DNA from: the human T2T-CHM13v2.0 reference genome, Homo sapiens | Direction: 5' to 3' (one strand) | DNA length: 64,000 bases | NCBI RefSeq assembly: GCF_009914755.1 | Contig: NC_060934.1 | Shown here: in pieces, positions 47,259 through 62,986 of the stretch | Numbering within the stretch: position 1 is the first letter of the stretch | Layout: every line of letters starts with the position of its first letter | The notes under the pieces: generated by a model | Databases searched by the model: none | Told to the model about the DNA's origin: nothing | Seen by the model: the letters and a program-made list of their open reading frames with translations, nothing else | Made by a program: the position numbers and the translations under genes

Positions 47259-47720
47259 TTACCAACTGGTACTGTATTATAACAGGATTTATTTGTCTTA
47301 TTTTAAACTCCTTACAATTTTCAGGAAGATGTAGGACTGAGAAAATCATCCTGATTTTATAGATGAAGAAAACTTGCTTTAGAAGTCTATGACAAGTTTT
47401 AACTAACCTTAAAGTCTAGTGGGCATATTTTTTGAGGAGGAAGGGGGACTGCAGAGGAATTATGCTGAAGGCTACAATAAATCCAGAAAGCTCAAAAAAT
47501 GGGCAGGTAACCCTTTTCCTACCATAATGGCAAAGCCTTCACATTCTCAGTATTCTCTACCACTGCAAAGGCCCAGCTTGTCCAACTAGAGGATCCAACG
47601 GGGCCCCGACGAAGGATTATTTCAATCATGTGTTTTGCATAAGGAGCAGAGAAGCAACACTGGCTAACACCCCTAAGAATCCCACTGTATTTGGGGGAAA
47701 CTTGAGAGTGCCCATGTACA

Positions 47721-48025
47721 TTTTTTTTTTTTTTTTTTTTTTTTTGAGACGGAGTCTTGCTCTGTTGCCCAGGCTGGAGTGCAGAGGCACAATCTCGGCT
47801 CACCACAAGCTCCGCCTCCCAGGTTCACGCCATTCTCCTGCCTCAGCCTCTTGAGTAGCTGAGACTACAGGCGCCCGCCGCCACGCCCGGCTAATTTTTT
47901 GTATTTTCAGTAGAGACGGAGTTTCACCGGGTTAGCCAGGATGGTCTCGATCTCCTGACCTCGTGATCCACCCGCCTCGGCCTCCCAAAGTGTTGGGATT
48001 ACAGGCTTGAGCCACAGCACCCGGC
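47721..48025 (-). mobile_element. AluY
   Basis: CAAGCTCCGCCTCCC, GTTCACGCCATTCTCC and GATGGTCTCGATCTCC diagnostics; many CpGs. Confidence 0.95.
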
Positions 48026-48267
48026 CCTACATTTTTTTGTTCAATAGAAATCTCTGACTACTTCCAACTGAAACAACAGCTCTTTTCTATCTGCTTCAAA
48101 ATTCTTGGGTTTCAAAACAGAAAATAGAAAGGGGTGGGAGGAGCAGAACCACCTGCTGGAGACTGGGTAGGAAGAGGGAAGGGCCCAGCTCAGGAGAGGG
48201 CATTCCTCTAACTCAACTCGTAAGGACCAAGTTTTTCTTTTCCCCTTACTGTAAAAGGCTTGGACTG

Positions 48268-48681
<414 letters not shown>

Positions 48682-48699
48682 TTATCTCAACTCTTCTAC

Positions 48700-48960
<261 letters not shown>

Positions 48961-49139
48961 TTAAAGATGGCTTCTGGATAATTCTTCGAAAATGAGGAAT
49001 CTTTTGATAAAACAATTCCCAGGGTCAACTTGATCTTTTCTGAATATGCAGATTTACATTATCCACCAACCTGGTATTTTGTACTGACTAAAAACTCCAA
49101 ATGTATACTGAGCACCTGCCTGTCTGCCTGATTCCTCAC

Positions 49140-50607
49140 CTGGGCACCAGAAGTCTTGATCCATGCTCTTCTCCTTTTGTGCTGCCGGATGCTCCTTCTC
49201 TTCCCTGGAGATGCTGTCCTTGGACACAGAGAGTGAGTGGCCCAATCTCTGGGCACGGTCCCCACTGCCAGGAGACACAAGGCCTCCCGGGAGCCCGGCC
49301 TGGCCCCTTGTGGTGGCCTTCAATTCCTCGGCGTCCTCCTGGGAGTCGGCATTCCTGAAGCTCAGGACTCTCATCCGTGACACTGAGCTCACCTCTTTCA
49401 TTCTCATCAGGCGGTCAGGGTCTGCTCTCCTAGGCGGGGAGGCCAGTTTCTCTTGTAAACTTTCAATCACTTTGGAAGGGCTTCTAAGTCTCTTTTCAGA
49501 GCCTGCCACACTTGGGGTTCTTTCTACAAAATGGAATAAAGTGGACCTGAAGGGTGGTTTTGTTTCCACATCCTTTTGTTCGAAGAACTTGGACTCCAAG
49601 GGGCTGGGCTCAGGCTCAGGGACAGGGTCTGTGCTGGTGACAACCCCGTCCACATCTGAGTGCTCAAAAGCCTGAGGAGCCCGCCTGGCACTGTCCCTGT
49701 CCCCTACAAAGAGAGGGCTCTTGGTCCAGCCGCACTTCCTCCTGCCATAAAAGGCATCAGTGGACACCCTGGGGACATCTGCCGGTGCTGGGCGAGATAG
49801 CAACTCTTCCTGGGGGGACTCTGGGGTGCAGGCACTTGCATCGGGCTCAGCAGGCTGGTTCTGTCCCGCTCTCCGGATGCCCGGCAGGAGGGACTCCACC
49901 GCCACCTCAATGCCCAGGATCCTTGCAGCCCTGGCTTGCAAGGACTCACCTGGGGGGATTTCTATTGTGCTTGCTTCACCCAAAGACCCCTCTAGCTCAC
50001 TGGCACCCTGTTCTTGCCCAGGGGTGAGCCCCACAGACCGTAAGTCTGGAGCTGAGAGCCCTCGGTTCTTGTTAGACAGGGACAGTGGGAGCCCTGCCCC
50101 CCTCTCTCCACCACTGTCAAACTTCCGAGGGACCGCTTCACTTGGTTTCACAGAGCTGAAAGCACTGGTGATTTTCGGACTTTCCTGGGGCTCCCTAGGT
50201 TCAGCTGGATAGGACGCGGGCAGTGGTTTTGCGTCACTTGATCTTGAAGACATTCTCGTCACAGGAAATGGGCTACCTGCCAGCTCGTCCATTCCGTTGC
50301 TAACCTCCAGGTGTCCCTTCTCTGCACTCGTGCTTCCATCTGCTGAGCAGAAAGGTGCACCGCCACCTTCTTCCACGCGAAAGCGGCCCGGGGATGGAGG
50401 CCAGGCACGTGGGTGGCCAGGCTGCAGCTCCTCACTCCAGCTCTCAGACTTACTCTCACCTCTTCCCGACCTACACACAGGGCTCTCCGGCACCCACATC
50501 CTCGGCTGTGGCTCAACCCTCATTTCCGGGCTGTTTCCGCGGAAGCCCACATCCTCCTGTCTGCAGTGAGCACGGTTCTCCTGCTGCGGCTCCGCCTCAC
50601 TCTCCTC

Positions 50608-50643
<36 letters not shown>

Positions 50644-52903
50644 TTCTTCCTCTTCCTGGAGCTCCTTGTTAAAACTTTCTAACTGACTGATCAAATCCCA
50701 GGGACGACGGCTGACCGGTTTCAGGAGAAACTGCCCAAAGAGTTGTTTACTGTTGCAAGGGCCCGTGGGCTCCCCCTTCACCACCTCCCGCTTAGGCCCA
50801 GGGTGGGCTCCAAGCCCGTGGACATCCACGCAGGGCTGACTTCGGCCTGCTTTTGGCGTCGGTGCCTGGTCCACGGACAAGGAAGTCCTTGAGAACGCAC
50901 TGTTGCTGGATGGGCTGAGGGACCTGTGACCTTTCAGGTTACGGGCACTTGGCCTCTGTTTGTGATCACCGGTAGGGAACGCTGTGTGCGTCTGAGCTTC
51001 GGAGGCAGCAGGGTCTGAACATTTTGGACTCAATGCTGCACGACTCGGCCCTCCCAGCTTTGCACCAGGGAGCAGCTGCGAACTTTGGGGCTCCTCGGAG
51101 AAACTGGTTTGTGTTTGCTGATCTCTGTACCGGTGCCCTGGCCAAGAGCCAGAATGCTTGAGTTCTCTGTGCTTTGTAAGGTGGATGAAACTGAGGTCAT
51201 TTGTTTGTCTGTCTTCTTCTGGTTCCCCTAGATCTTGTTTTTGGAACTCCGTTCTCCCACCCATGCTTCCTGTGAGGGCCTGCAGCTCCAGGTCGGTGGA
51301 AGACATGCTCAGCAGACTCTGTTCTTGCAGAGCCGGGCTCTTATCAGACCCATTCTTTTGATCAGCACTGGGCTTTAAGTCATTGTTGTCCATATCTCTA
51401 TCTGGCAGATGTGATTCTGATTTCACTGGGATAGAAACCAAGCAAAATATAGTCTCGTTCATTTTTTTCTTTGAACTTTTCTTGGTCCGAGTCCCAGTTT
51501 GGAACTTTTTGAGCTTGGTTTGAGTTTCGCAGGTGCTCTCGCCCTGTGAGTAAGGGGAGGAAACTTGTCTTCCAGTGTGCCCGTGCTGGCTGCCTCTCAC
51601 ATCAGGCCACTGTCCCCTTGCCACACAGCGGTCTCTCTGGTTGGGGAGGCCACTGTTTTCCCCATCCCCGGGGGGCTGGCCCCACAGCCACCGGGGGCTG
51701 GAATCGGCCAAGACCAGGCCTCTCTCATCCCCCGACGGGGGTATTAAGCTCTGTGGATTCCAAATGGCACCATCAGGCTGCATTCCTCCATGAGCCGGCT
51801 CTTGAGCAGTGACAGGACTGGAGTTATATGATTTATCGTCAAGCTTTATGTCTTCACAGAAACCCTGGGGCTGAGCTAGTTTAAAATGTCGTAACCGTGG
51901 ATCATCAAAGGGAATGTACTGAACGAAGCCGTCGTAGGCAGTGACGGGTCGGGGATGTGCGGGGAGCCCCTGAGGCAAGCGGGGGCTCACACCATACTCA
52001 TTCCCAGTTCCAGGGGGGCCTGAAGGAGGCTGACCGCTGGCCCCAGCCTTCTCGGTCGGAGACTGCTGTTGACTGTGACCGCCACACACATTTATGGGCA
52101 CCGTGTCTTCCAAGTAGGGGTTTGGGATGTTCTGCGGGGGCGATCTGTATGAGGGCGGAGGCACGTACACTGGAGGTTCCAATCCAGGGTCTGACAGGCA
52201 GAGCTCATGCCTGGGGACATAGGCGTCCATCTGCTGGCTGTCCTGAGAGTCACTGCTGTCCGCTCCTCCCCTAGACTGCTGGTGCGAGCTGTAAGATGGG
52301 GGCTTGAGGGGCCTCCCAAACTTAGGCCGGGGAAATGGGGCTGAGCAGCCACTCTTCTCAGAATTCCTCGTGGAGTCCAAATTTGGTGCGCAAGTGGGAG
52401 GATACGGTGGCATTTTAGGTGAATGTCTTTCATTTAATGGAATGGGAATTTCCGTGCAACTCAGGCTCTCGGGGGAAAGAACTCTAGGCAGTGAGCGAGA
52501 CTTCCCTTTGTTTTGAGAATTCAACACATGTTCTCCTTGAATGAATGGGTACAGGTCTTGAAACAGTCTCTCCCCATCTCCATCAGACATCTGCCTCCCT
52601 AATTTCCTTGGCTGGTTCCAGCTTTCCAGGCTGACGTTCTGCCACTTGGCAGGACCTGACATTCGCAATTCTTCTTCCCAAACTGGCTTCTTCATCACAT
52701 GCTCTGACCTTCCTCCAACTTCCCATGGACCCTCCCTCACGTGGACAGGCAGGCTGTGGGCTTGGGCCATTCCTCTGGCCTCCAGGTTTTCGTGCTCCCT
52801 CGGCTTCTGGCTCCTGGCTTCTTGCCGTCCTCTTCTCCGGTAGGCTTGGTCGTTACCAGTCGGGGGATGAGAGGACCATGCTGAGGGGGGTTGATTACAA
52901 AAC
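49140..52903 (-). CDS. JCAD: JCAD giant internal coding exon (3764 nt), largely disordered junctional scaffold protein
   Basis: 1293-aa ORF recognised as JCAD/KIAA1462 (FCNQPPSAWSSHPPTGNDQAY... to ...SMDQDFWCP). Acceptor TTTGTTTTGTAG|G at 52904/52903; donor CCAG|GTGAGG at 49140/49139. Confidence 0.97.
50608..50643 (-). repeat. Coding (AGC)n repeat encoding Ser12
   Basis: AGC AGC AGT (AGC)8 AGT in the JCAD frame. Confidence 0.95.
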
Positions 52904-53062
52904 CTACAAAACAAAGAGTCACAGACGTTAGGCACAGAAGAAACATGTCTTCATCTGCTTCTGTGACTGGCATTCGAAGTCAAACTCAGGTCAGCAACTT
53001 TGAAAACTTGGTTCCCAGCCACAGTACTTGCCAGCTTGAAAGAAAACATATCCCATTAATTA

Positions 53063-53516
<454 letters not shown>

Positions 53517-53517
53517 T

Positions 53518-55090
<1,573 letters not shown>

Positions 55091-55849
55091 TCCATCTGTA
55101 TTTTTAACAAGCATTTCAGAGGATTCTTATCCTCAATTTTGGGAAACACTGCTAGGGCTTACATTGAGATTGTCTAGAGGAAGAGGGGAGCCCTGTTCAT
55201 GGGGTGAAACTCTCTGCAAGGCAGGAAATGGTAGTATCAAATGCAGGGTGTTGTTCACTACTGGGCCACACATTAGGATTTCCTTGTGAGCCTTTAAAAA
55301 ATACCAAAGCTCAGGGCCCATCTCCAAATATTTGGATTTAATTGGTCTAATGAGGAGCCAGTATATTTCAAAATCTCCCAAATGACTCTAGCATGCGGGG
55401 AGAGTTCAGAATCACAGTTCTAATGCAACCAAAGGAAAGTATCTGAAGAACATAATGTGCAGAAATATTAAGCTACTACCCATGAATGATCAGAGACTAG
55501 GGCCATGTAATAGGGAAAAACCATTAACTGGAAGGAAGTTCAGGGGACTCAACAGTTTTGATTAACCATGGGCCGGGCTGACTTGAAAAATGTTTCAAGT
55601 CTAGGATAGCTGTTTGCTTTTTAAATTATTACAGTAATGGATTCATTGTTGAAAATGAATGTTGGAAGAATATAAAAAAGTACAAAAAACAAAAATTGCT
55701 TATACTCTTTCTACTCAGAGATGGTTACTTTGATACATATCTTCTCACCTGTGTGTGTGTGTGAGGATGTGAATTTTTGAACAGCCTGGGTATTCTACTA
55801 GATATCTGGTATTATGTGAACATTTCCTGACACTTGTAGCACAAACAGC

Positions 55850-56235
55850 AGCAGCTGCTTACACGGTGGTTGCTGTGTGCTAGGTCCAAGCCATGTGCTT
55901 TCTGCAAACTAACTCATTTAAGCTTCACCAACATCCTTCTGAGGTAGAAGCTACTGTCAATACCACTCTACAGAGGAGGAAACTGAGGCACAGGTGTTAA
56001 GTAACTTGCTTAATACTAACATCTACTGGGCACCCATGCTGTACCATGCATGGTGCTAAGCATGCCAAGTGAATTATTTCATTTCAACGTTATAATTACC
56101 ACTACTTCCCGCTTTTACAGATAAGAAAACTGAGGCACAGGTAGGTTAAATGATTTCCCCCAGTTACACAGCCTGCAAGGATTTGTGAAAGAGCTCTAAG
56201 CCAAGAAATGTGAACCTAAAACGCTCAATTAACCC
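55850..56235 (-). mobile_element. Two tandem MIR fragments
   Basis: Two cores, TACAGAGGAGGAAACTGAGGCAC and TTTTACAGATAAGAAAACTGAGGCAC. Confidence 0.85.
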
Positions 56236-56979
56236 TGCATTTTACTTCTTCCAGTGTAATGAAAACGCCCTCAGGTGCTTAATGTTCATGGATGAATTGT
56301 ATTCCCTCACACACACAGGATTTACTTAACCCTTTACCAGTGTTGGACATTGATGTGGATTCTATTCTAAAACACTTTGAAAAACACTATTGTTCACAAA
56401 CACGTGATGTAGGTCTCAGATCATTTAGAGTAAGTCCTTAGAAAAGAAGTGAGTAGATCATGGGGTGTTGTGTGATGCATGTTGTCAAACTGACCTTAGA
56501 TAAACTATCCAATTTATAGTCCCTCCTGTCGTGCAGAGGAGAGCCGGTCTTGCTGAACCTTTTCATCCCTAGTTATTACAACTATTTTTCCCCATAACTT
56601 CTCACTACTTTAATTTGCATTTCTTTGATTACTAGTGAGGTCGATTTCTTTTTCCCCATGTGCTTAGGTGTTATTATACATTTTGTGGTTTCGAATGATT
56701 CCAGCAACACAGTCTGCTTTTCAGCTGGTGGCACAGCAGAGTGAACACAACATGAAACTGGGAGGTGCAAGGCCACCAGTTCTATGCAGCAACAGTGCGT
56801 GAAGCCTGGAAGAGTCCCTGCTGGGGCCTGGGCTGCAGGAGAGCCCTTCCAATCACAGAGGCAGAAGGCTGTGGGCAGGAGCCCTGGTAAAAACTTCTAT
56901 TTTTATTGCTACTATTCTTATTTTGGAATTACCTCTTTGCCTTAAAAGGTAAGGATAGCCCCTCAAACTCTGTGTCCAA

Positions 56980-57341
<362 letters not shown>

Positions 57342-59063
57342 TCATTTACAGCAAAGCTTAGTTATGGGCTGGAAAACCAGAAAATATCCAAAATCAATCT
57401 GAGGTAAGACATTTGCCACTGAGCAGCCTCAATGCTTCTGTGTTAACGACCTGTACATGGTATAAGACCTGTACTGTCTTAACACCGGGCACGGTAGGAG
57501 GTCACAATTTCTGTGTTGTTTTTGTTGTCATTGAAATTATGTTTTGAGCATTTGGGTTTTGAATGCTGAGAAGACTGCTTCCTGGTCAGGTTCGACACAG
57601 ATTAGTCATTTTGAAAGCCATCGTCACTGGCCCCTCTGCATAGCCCCTTTCCTCCCTCCCTCCCCACTTTAGCTGAGCCAGGCTTGCAGCTCCAGAAGCC
57701 ACAGAGTCCTCCCCTGGGGACTCCTGTGTGACCGCCCATCAGTAGCCTGAGAAATGCTGTAGAACATGAACCACTGAAAAGTCTTCAGCACCTACTGTCT
57801 ATAGGCTCCCAGACTCTATAGAAAATCCAAGGGCAAGACTTAAAAACTACCATGTAATAAGGCATTACAATTGTTACACCCCACTGTGAAAGGCTAAAAG
57901 AAATCATTAGGAAGTATGCGGTTGGTGCTTTGCATCAGAAACAATCTACCCTCTTACCTCTGCTCTTAGGCTGATGGTGAGTAGGCTTTTATGAAGCACC
58001 GTTCTCATTCCTGACAGTCCTGTGAACGCTTTCCTGGATTGCATGACTTTAGGGAGGAAACCGTACCGTGTGGCTTTGACGCGTTTTTCTCAATTGATAT
58101 TCGGGTTTCACAGTGTGCTTAGAGAAGGGGCTAAAATCCTAAGGTGCTACTTGTGCAAGTACACGCCACGAGCATAATCAGAAGACAGATAAAAAATGAC
58201 AGAAATAGGACAAGAATACAAACAGCCTGTCACTTCCTACAGAGGGAGCGTGGTTGGTTTTCTTCTCCACCCAAAAATGTTACACTATCACTTTAACTTT
58301 GTCAAAACTGCCATATATAACAAACCAAAATAACTAAGAATTTTGGGTTAAACTTCCTTCTGTTTGCACAAGGTGCCAAAATTCCAATTTAATAAAAATA
58401 CAGGTCATCCGGGAAATTTTAAATTATCTACTTTGCAACGCAGTCCACATGACATAGAAAACTATAAACCATTTAATTAATAAACATCTATTTTGTACCT
58501 AGCAAGGGCTGGGCTCTGACAGGTGCAAGCGGACTCCCCATGGGGGTCGCTCTGGTAGATTTCTCCTTCAGACAAGTTAGCAAGAATGGCTCTTCTAGTA
58601 GCTTCGCTATAGGACGCCCATTACCAGCTAAAATGTGTACTGCTGCATAGGGTTTCAAAGCCAAAAATATATTTTCTGATATGTTTAAGGAAATGAGATC
58701 AAATTTTTCTTTTTAGAAAAATGAAACTAATTATCTTACATTTTAAAAGACATTAACAATGGCACTTCTAGGAAAACATGCTGAACACATTAACACAGGG
58801 TGGGAAAAAGATAAGGAAAGCAAAGTGGAATGTGATCGCCCAGACAAATTGTGTCCATGAGTTCAATGGGACAAGCAGGGTCTTTACACAGAATTCCCGG
58901 GTGAACGGGACGGAGATGAAACAGAAGTTACACTTGCCAACAGCCCCATCTCTCATCTCAGGAGAGATGAGGCCAGCGAAACAACTACTAGCAACTGCTT
59001 GGGAAACATCTGAAATATGAGCATGTGAAAAACAATATGTTTAACAGAAAATGAGCAAGTCTA

Positions 59064-59677
<614 letters not shown>

Positions 59678-61443
59678 TCAGCCAGAGGCTTGCTGCCTGC
59701 CTAATGAACTGGGGGTTCTGTGGGAAGTGAGACAAACAGTTACCCTTCCCTCCTCCATGAACAAAATCCTGAGCCTGGTCCTCCCGTGGGGGCCCTCAAA
59801 GTCCAGTCAGCCATGCTTCGCTGTGGTCATTGGGGTGGGGCTGGGGAGGCCCCATTAAAGCCATGCCTTTATCCAGCGATCCCTTCCTGGTTCCCAGATC
59901 TGCAGTCTAGCAGATGCCTGCTGCTTTCCATTGCTTTCCAACCCTAGTGTCATGTTCTAGACCAGTGGATGGTCATGACACACTGGCCTAGCCTGTTCCT
60001 TCAAAAGCCCCTCCCCTTCCGGAGGCGTCTGTATCTAGGCATTGGTATCCAGATACAGAAACTGACCGCCAAGGCTGTAGGTCTCACTGAAAGAGCCAGG
60101 AGCAGCGTTCTCCTCTGGTTGGCAGAAGGGGCTTTGGGCATCTCTTTAGAGCGACTCACATTCACCAACCCCGCTGTCAGGTGCCTAACATGCTTCTGTG
60201 ATGGCCTCAGCCATGTTCCGCTCCAGAATTTGCTCTGAAAGCTCTCTGGGCCTGGAAGCCTGCAATTTCTTTTTTCAGCATGATTTGGTCTATTCAGTAT
60301 ACCACCCCGTGCAAATATCCCTCTGATACAGGGTAACGAATGGGCTAATTTTGGAAAGGGGAAATCTGGGGTCCGGAGAAGATGAAGACTGAAGTATAGA
60401 GGTTAGCATAAAATTAAAGGTCAGTCAGAAAAGAGAAAACTGCTCTGAAAACATAATGGATGAATATTACTCTTCAGCAAAGTTCAATTTGAACAAGAAT
60501 TGTAGGTTGCGCTGGCAGAATGGTAACTAGAAAATCCACAAATGCCCAGTCAGACTGCTAATGCATTGTCAGGCCTGCTTTTTATGATGTCACAATGAAT
60601 GACTCTAGATGACAGGCAGTGCAGATTCAGTTAAAACATAAAGTACCTGGCGGACTATTTCTGGAGGTTACAGTTTTGTTATTAAAAAAAAATACACAAA
60701 TAATGGGTCTGGAAGAGGAAGCATAATAAATTTGAGGACTCAGAAGTGATGCTAAATTTGGACATTTGAAGAAGGGGCACAGGAAAGCAATTCAAAGGCA
60801 CTTGAGTTATCAACGTGCACAGAGGAAATTAAGTAGGAGGCATGTTGGAAAGGCACCCACTGATATCGACCTGGATGGAAGCCCTTGAAGTCGCAGTTCC
60901 TCCACAGCATGGGCTTTGAACTCCTGCGCTTGGGTCTGGCTTCCACAAAGATGAACTCAGAATGGAAAAATTAAAAAAAAAAAAAAAAAAAAAAAAGTTG
61001 GAAGCCATTGCCACTACAGTGCCAACCTGGCCAGCCACAAGACCATAATATTTTTTAAACTCTGACGGCTAGAAATGGACACAAATTGCTCTTTTGTGGT
61101 TGCCAGCAGGTTTCTGAATCATCTTTGGGTTAGGGCTTCAGTAGACTTTTGATTTTGCAAGGTCTAGTAAAGAACTTTTATACACACAAGTTAAGTCGGA
61201 GGCCACGGTCCACCGGCCCCACCCCTGGGACTGGGTTTTGGGGTTGTTGCTTCCTTTTCATAAATTAGTAAATTCACAACTGGTGCTGATGTGAAGGATG
61301 GCGCCAGCTTGGAAACTGTCATGGTAATTCTAGTAGTGTTTAATGCACGTAACAAAATCAGGGGCTGGGAGACTACTCATGCAAGGGGGCGCCTCATTGA
61401 TGTGGACCACTGACCAACCTACAGGTAACGAAGACAAAGAGAG

Positions 61444-61798
61444 AGCCGGCACGGAGGTTCATGCCTGTAATCCCAGCACTTTGAGACGCTGAGGTAGGAG
61501 GATTGCTTGAGCCCAGGAGTTAGAGACCAGCCTGGGAAACATAAGGAGACCTAGTCTCCACAAAAAATTTAAAAAGAAAAATTAGCTAGATGTGGTGGTG
61601 AGTGCCTGTGGTCCTAGCTACTCGAGATGAGCGGGAGGATTGCTTGAGCCTGGGAGGTCAAGGCTGCAGTGAGCTGAGATGGTGCCACTGCACTCGCCTG
61701 GGTGACAGAGAGAGACCCTGTCTCAAAATAAAAAAAAAAAAAAAAAAGAAAGAAAGAAAAGAAAAGAGAAAGAGAAAGAGAGAAGAGAGAAGAGAGAA
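61444..61798 (+). mobile_element. AluJ with A/GA-rich tail
   Basis: GGTCAAGGCTGCAGTGAGC diagnostic. Confidence 0.92.
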
Positions 61799-62463
61799 GC
61801 AGGATGGAGCAAAGGGATACAAATGAAGGAAGAAGGGTATAGGTCCACGTGGAAGGAGAAGGAAAACAATAACCTGGAGAAAAGGTAGGTGGAGCTTGTG
61901 AGGGCTCCTGGGGCAGCCGCCAGCTGCGTGTACTAATGTGTCCCCGATGAAGGTGCTAGAACCTCTCACTGGGAGTCAGGGTATCTCTGAACAACATCCT
62001 TCCTGCAACTGCACTTCTAAGGGAAGAAAGCTGGGTCATAAACCCCTAACCCCCGACTCACGCCAGCTATTTAAATGAGCCCACTCCTTTTACTGATTAA
62101 CATGGCAAGGACGCACTGATGCCTTCTAATGAATGTAAAGGCAAGAAGCCACACTGGGTGGCCCTTACTTGGAGGCAGACTCCCTAGAGGGCCAGATGCT
62201 GACGCCCCTCCCATGCTAGGATCCCACTGATAGAGGACCCTGTCCCTCCACATCAATGATCATCCTGGGAGCATCCCAGGTCCTACAGGAAGCCACCCCT
62301 GAGGGTGTTGTCACAGGCAGGGACAGGAAGCACTAGAGAAATGGTTCCCCACCCGAGTGACTAGGAGAAGTCCTGGTGACTGCACGCAGGGCAGACACTG
62401 TTCCCTCCCACAACGTGAGGCCCTTCCCACCTGATGGGTGGGCAGCTGGACCGGCCTCGGCTT

Positions 62464-62986
62464 CTGATGCCTCATCTGTACTGCAGGGACAGAATCCTTC
62501 CTTTTGAGTTTTCTGGGAGGGATGAAATGAGATAATACCTTCAAAGTGTTATTCATCACTTTCTTGTGGATTCCCTAACTTGAGGAAGAAAAGGTATAGA
62601 TGGAGAAAAATAGGCTGAGAAAACAATGTCTGTGGCCAGTCCTTGGGGAGCCGGATGAACCTGCAGTTGACACCCAAAGACGGCTGCCCAGGGTCAACGG
62701 AACAGTCCAGGCTCGGGGCACGTGCAGAGGGGTGGTTTCTGGCTTCTCATCACACCAACAGGGAGCAGTGTTGGAACGTTGCCAGGAGAGTGGTGAGCAG
62801 CTGCCCTGGGCACTGGAGGGGCGGCGTGGGTTTAAAGGCCAACACCACGGCTGTCCAGTGGAACGCTGTCGGCAGCGTCCTTAACTGCCCCTGCCTCTGA
62901 TGCCTCATCTGTACTGCAGGGACGGACTACGCCTTCCTTTTTGTATCCTGGGAGGAATGAAATGAGATGATACATTCAGAGTGTTT
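62464..62986 (+). repeat. Direct repeat of a MIR-derived ~90-bp segment (62464-62550 and 62896-62986)
   Basis: Both copies share TCTGATGCCTCATCTGTACTGCAGGGAC exactly, and ATGAAATGAGAT further on. Confidence 0.85.

Noticed and set aside
49054-49139. 28-residue in-frame extension past the donor (GEESGRQ...GWWIM) as an alternative C-terminus
   Set aside because: The donor is strong, the next exon is in frame, and I saw no nearby minus-strand AATAAA. Treated as intron.
49163-52931. Several 60-170 aa plus-strand or alternate-frame ORFs overlapping the JCAD exon
   Set aside because: Expected shadows of a GC-rich coding sequence, with no independent signals.
52904-52935. ORF-track start (MPNVCDSLFCR) of the 1293-aa ORF
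   Set aside because: This is intronic sequence upstream of the acceptor. The true N-terminus is on an exon outside the window.
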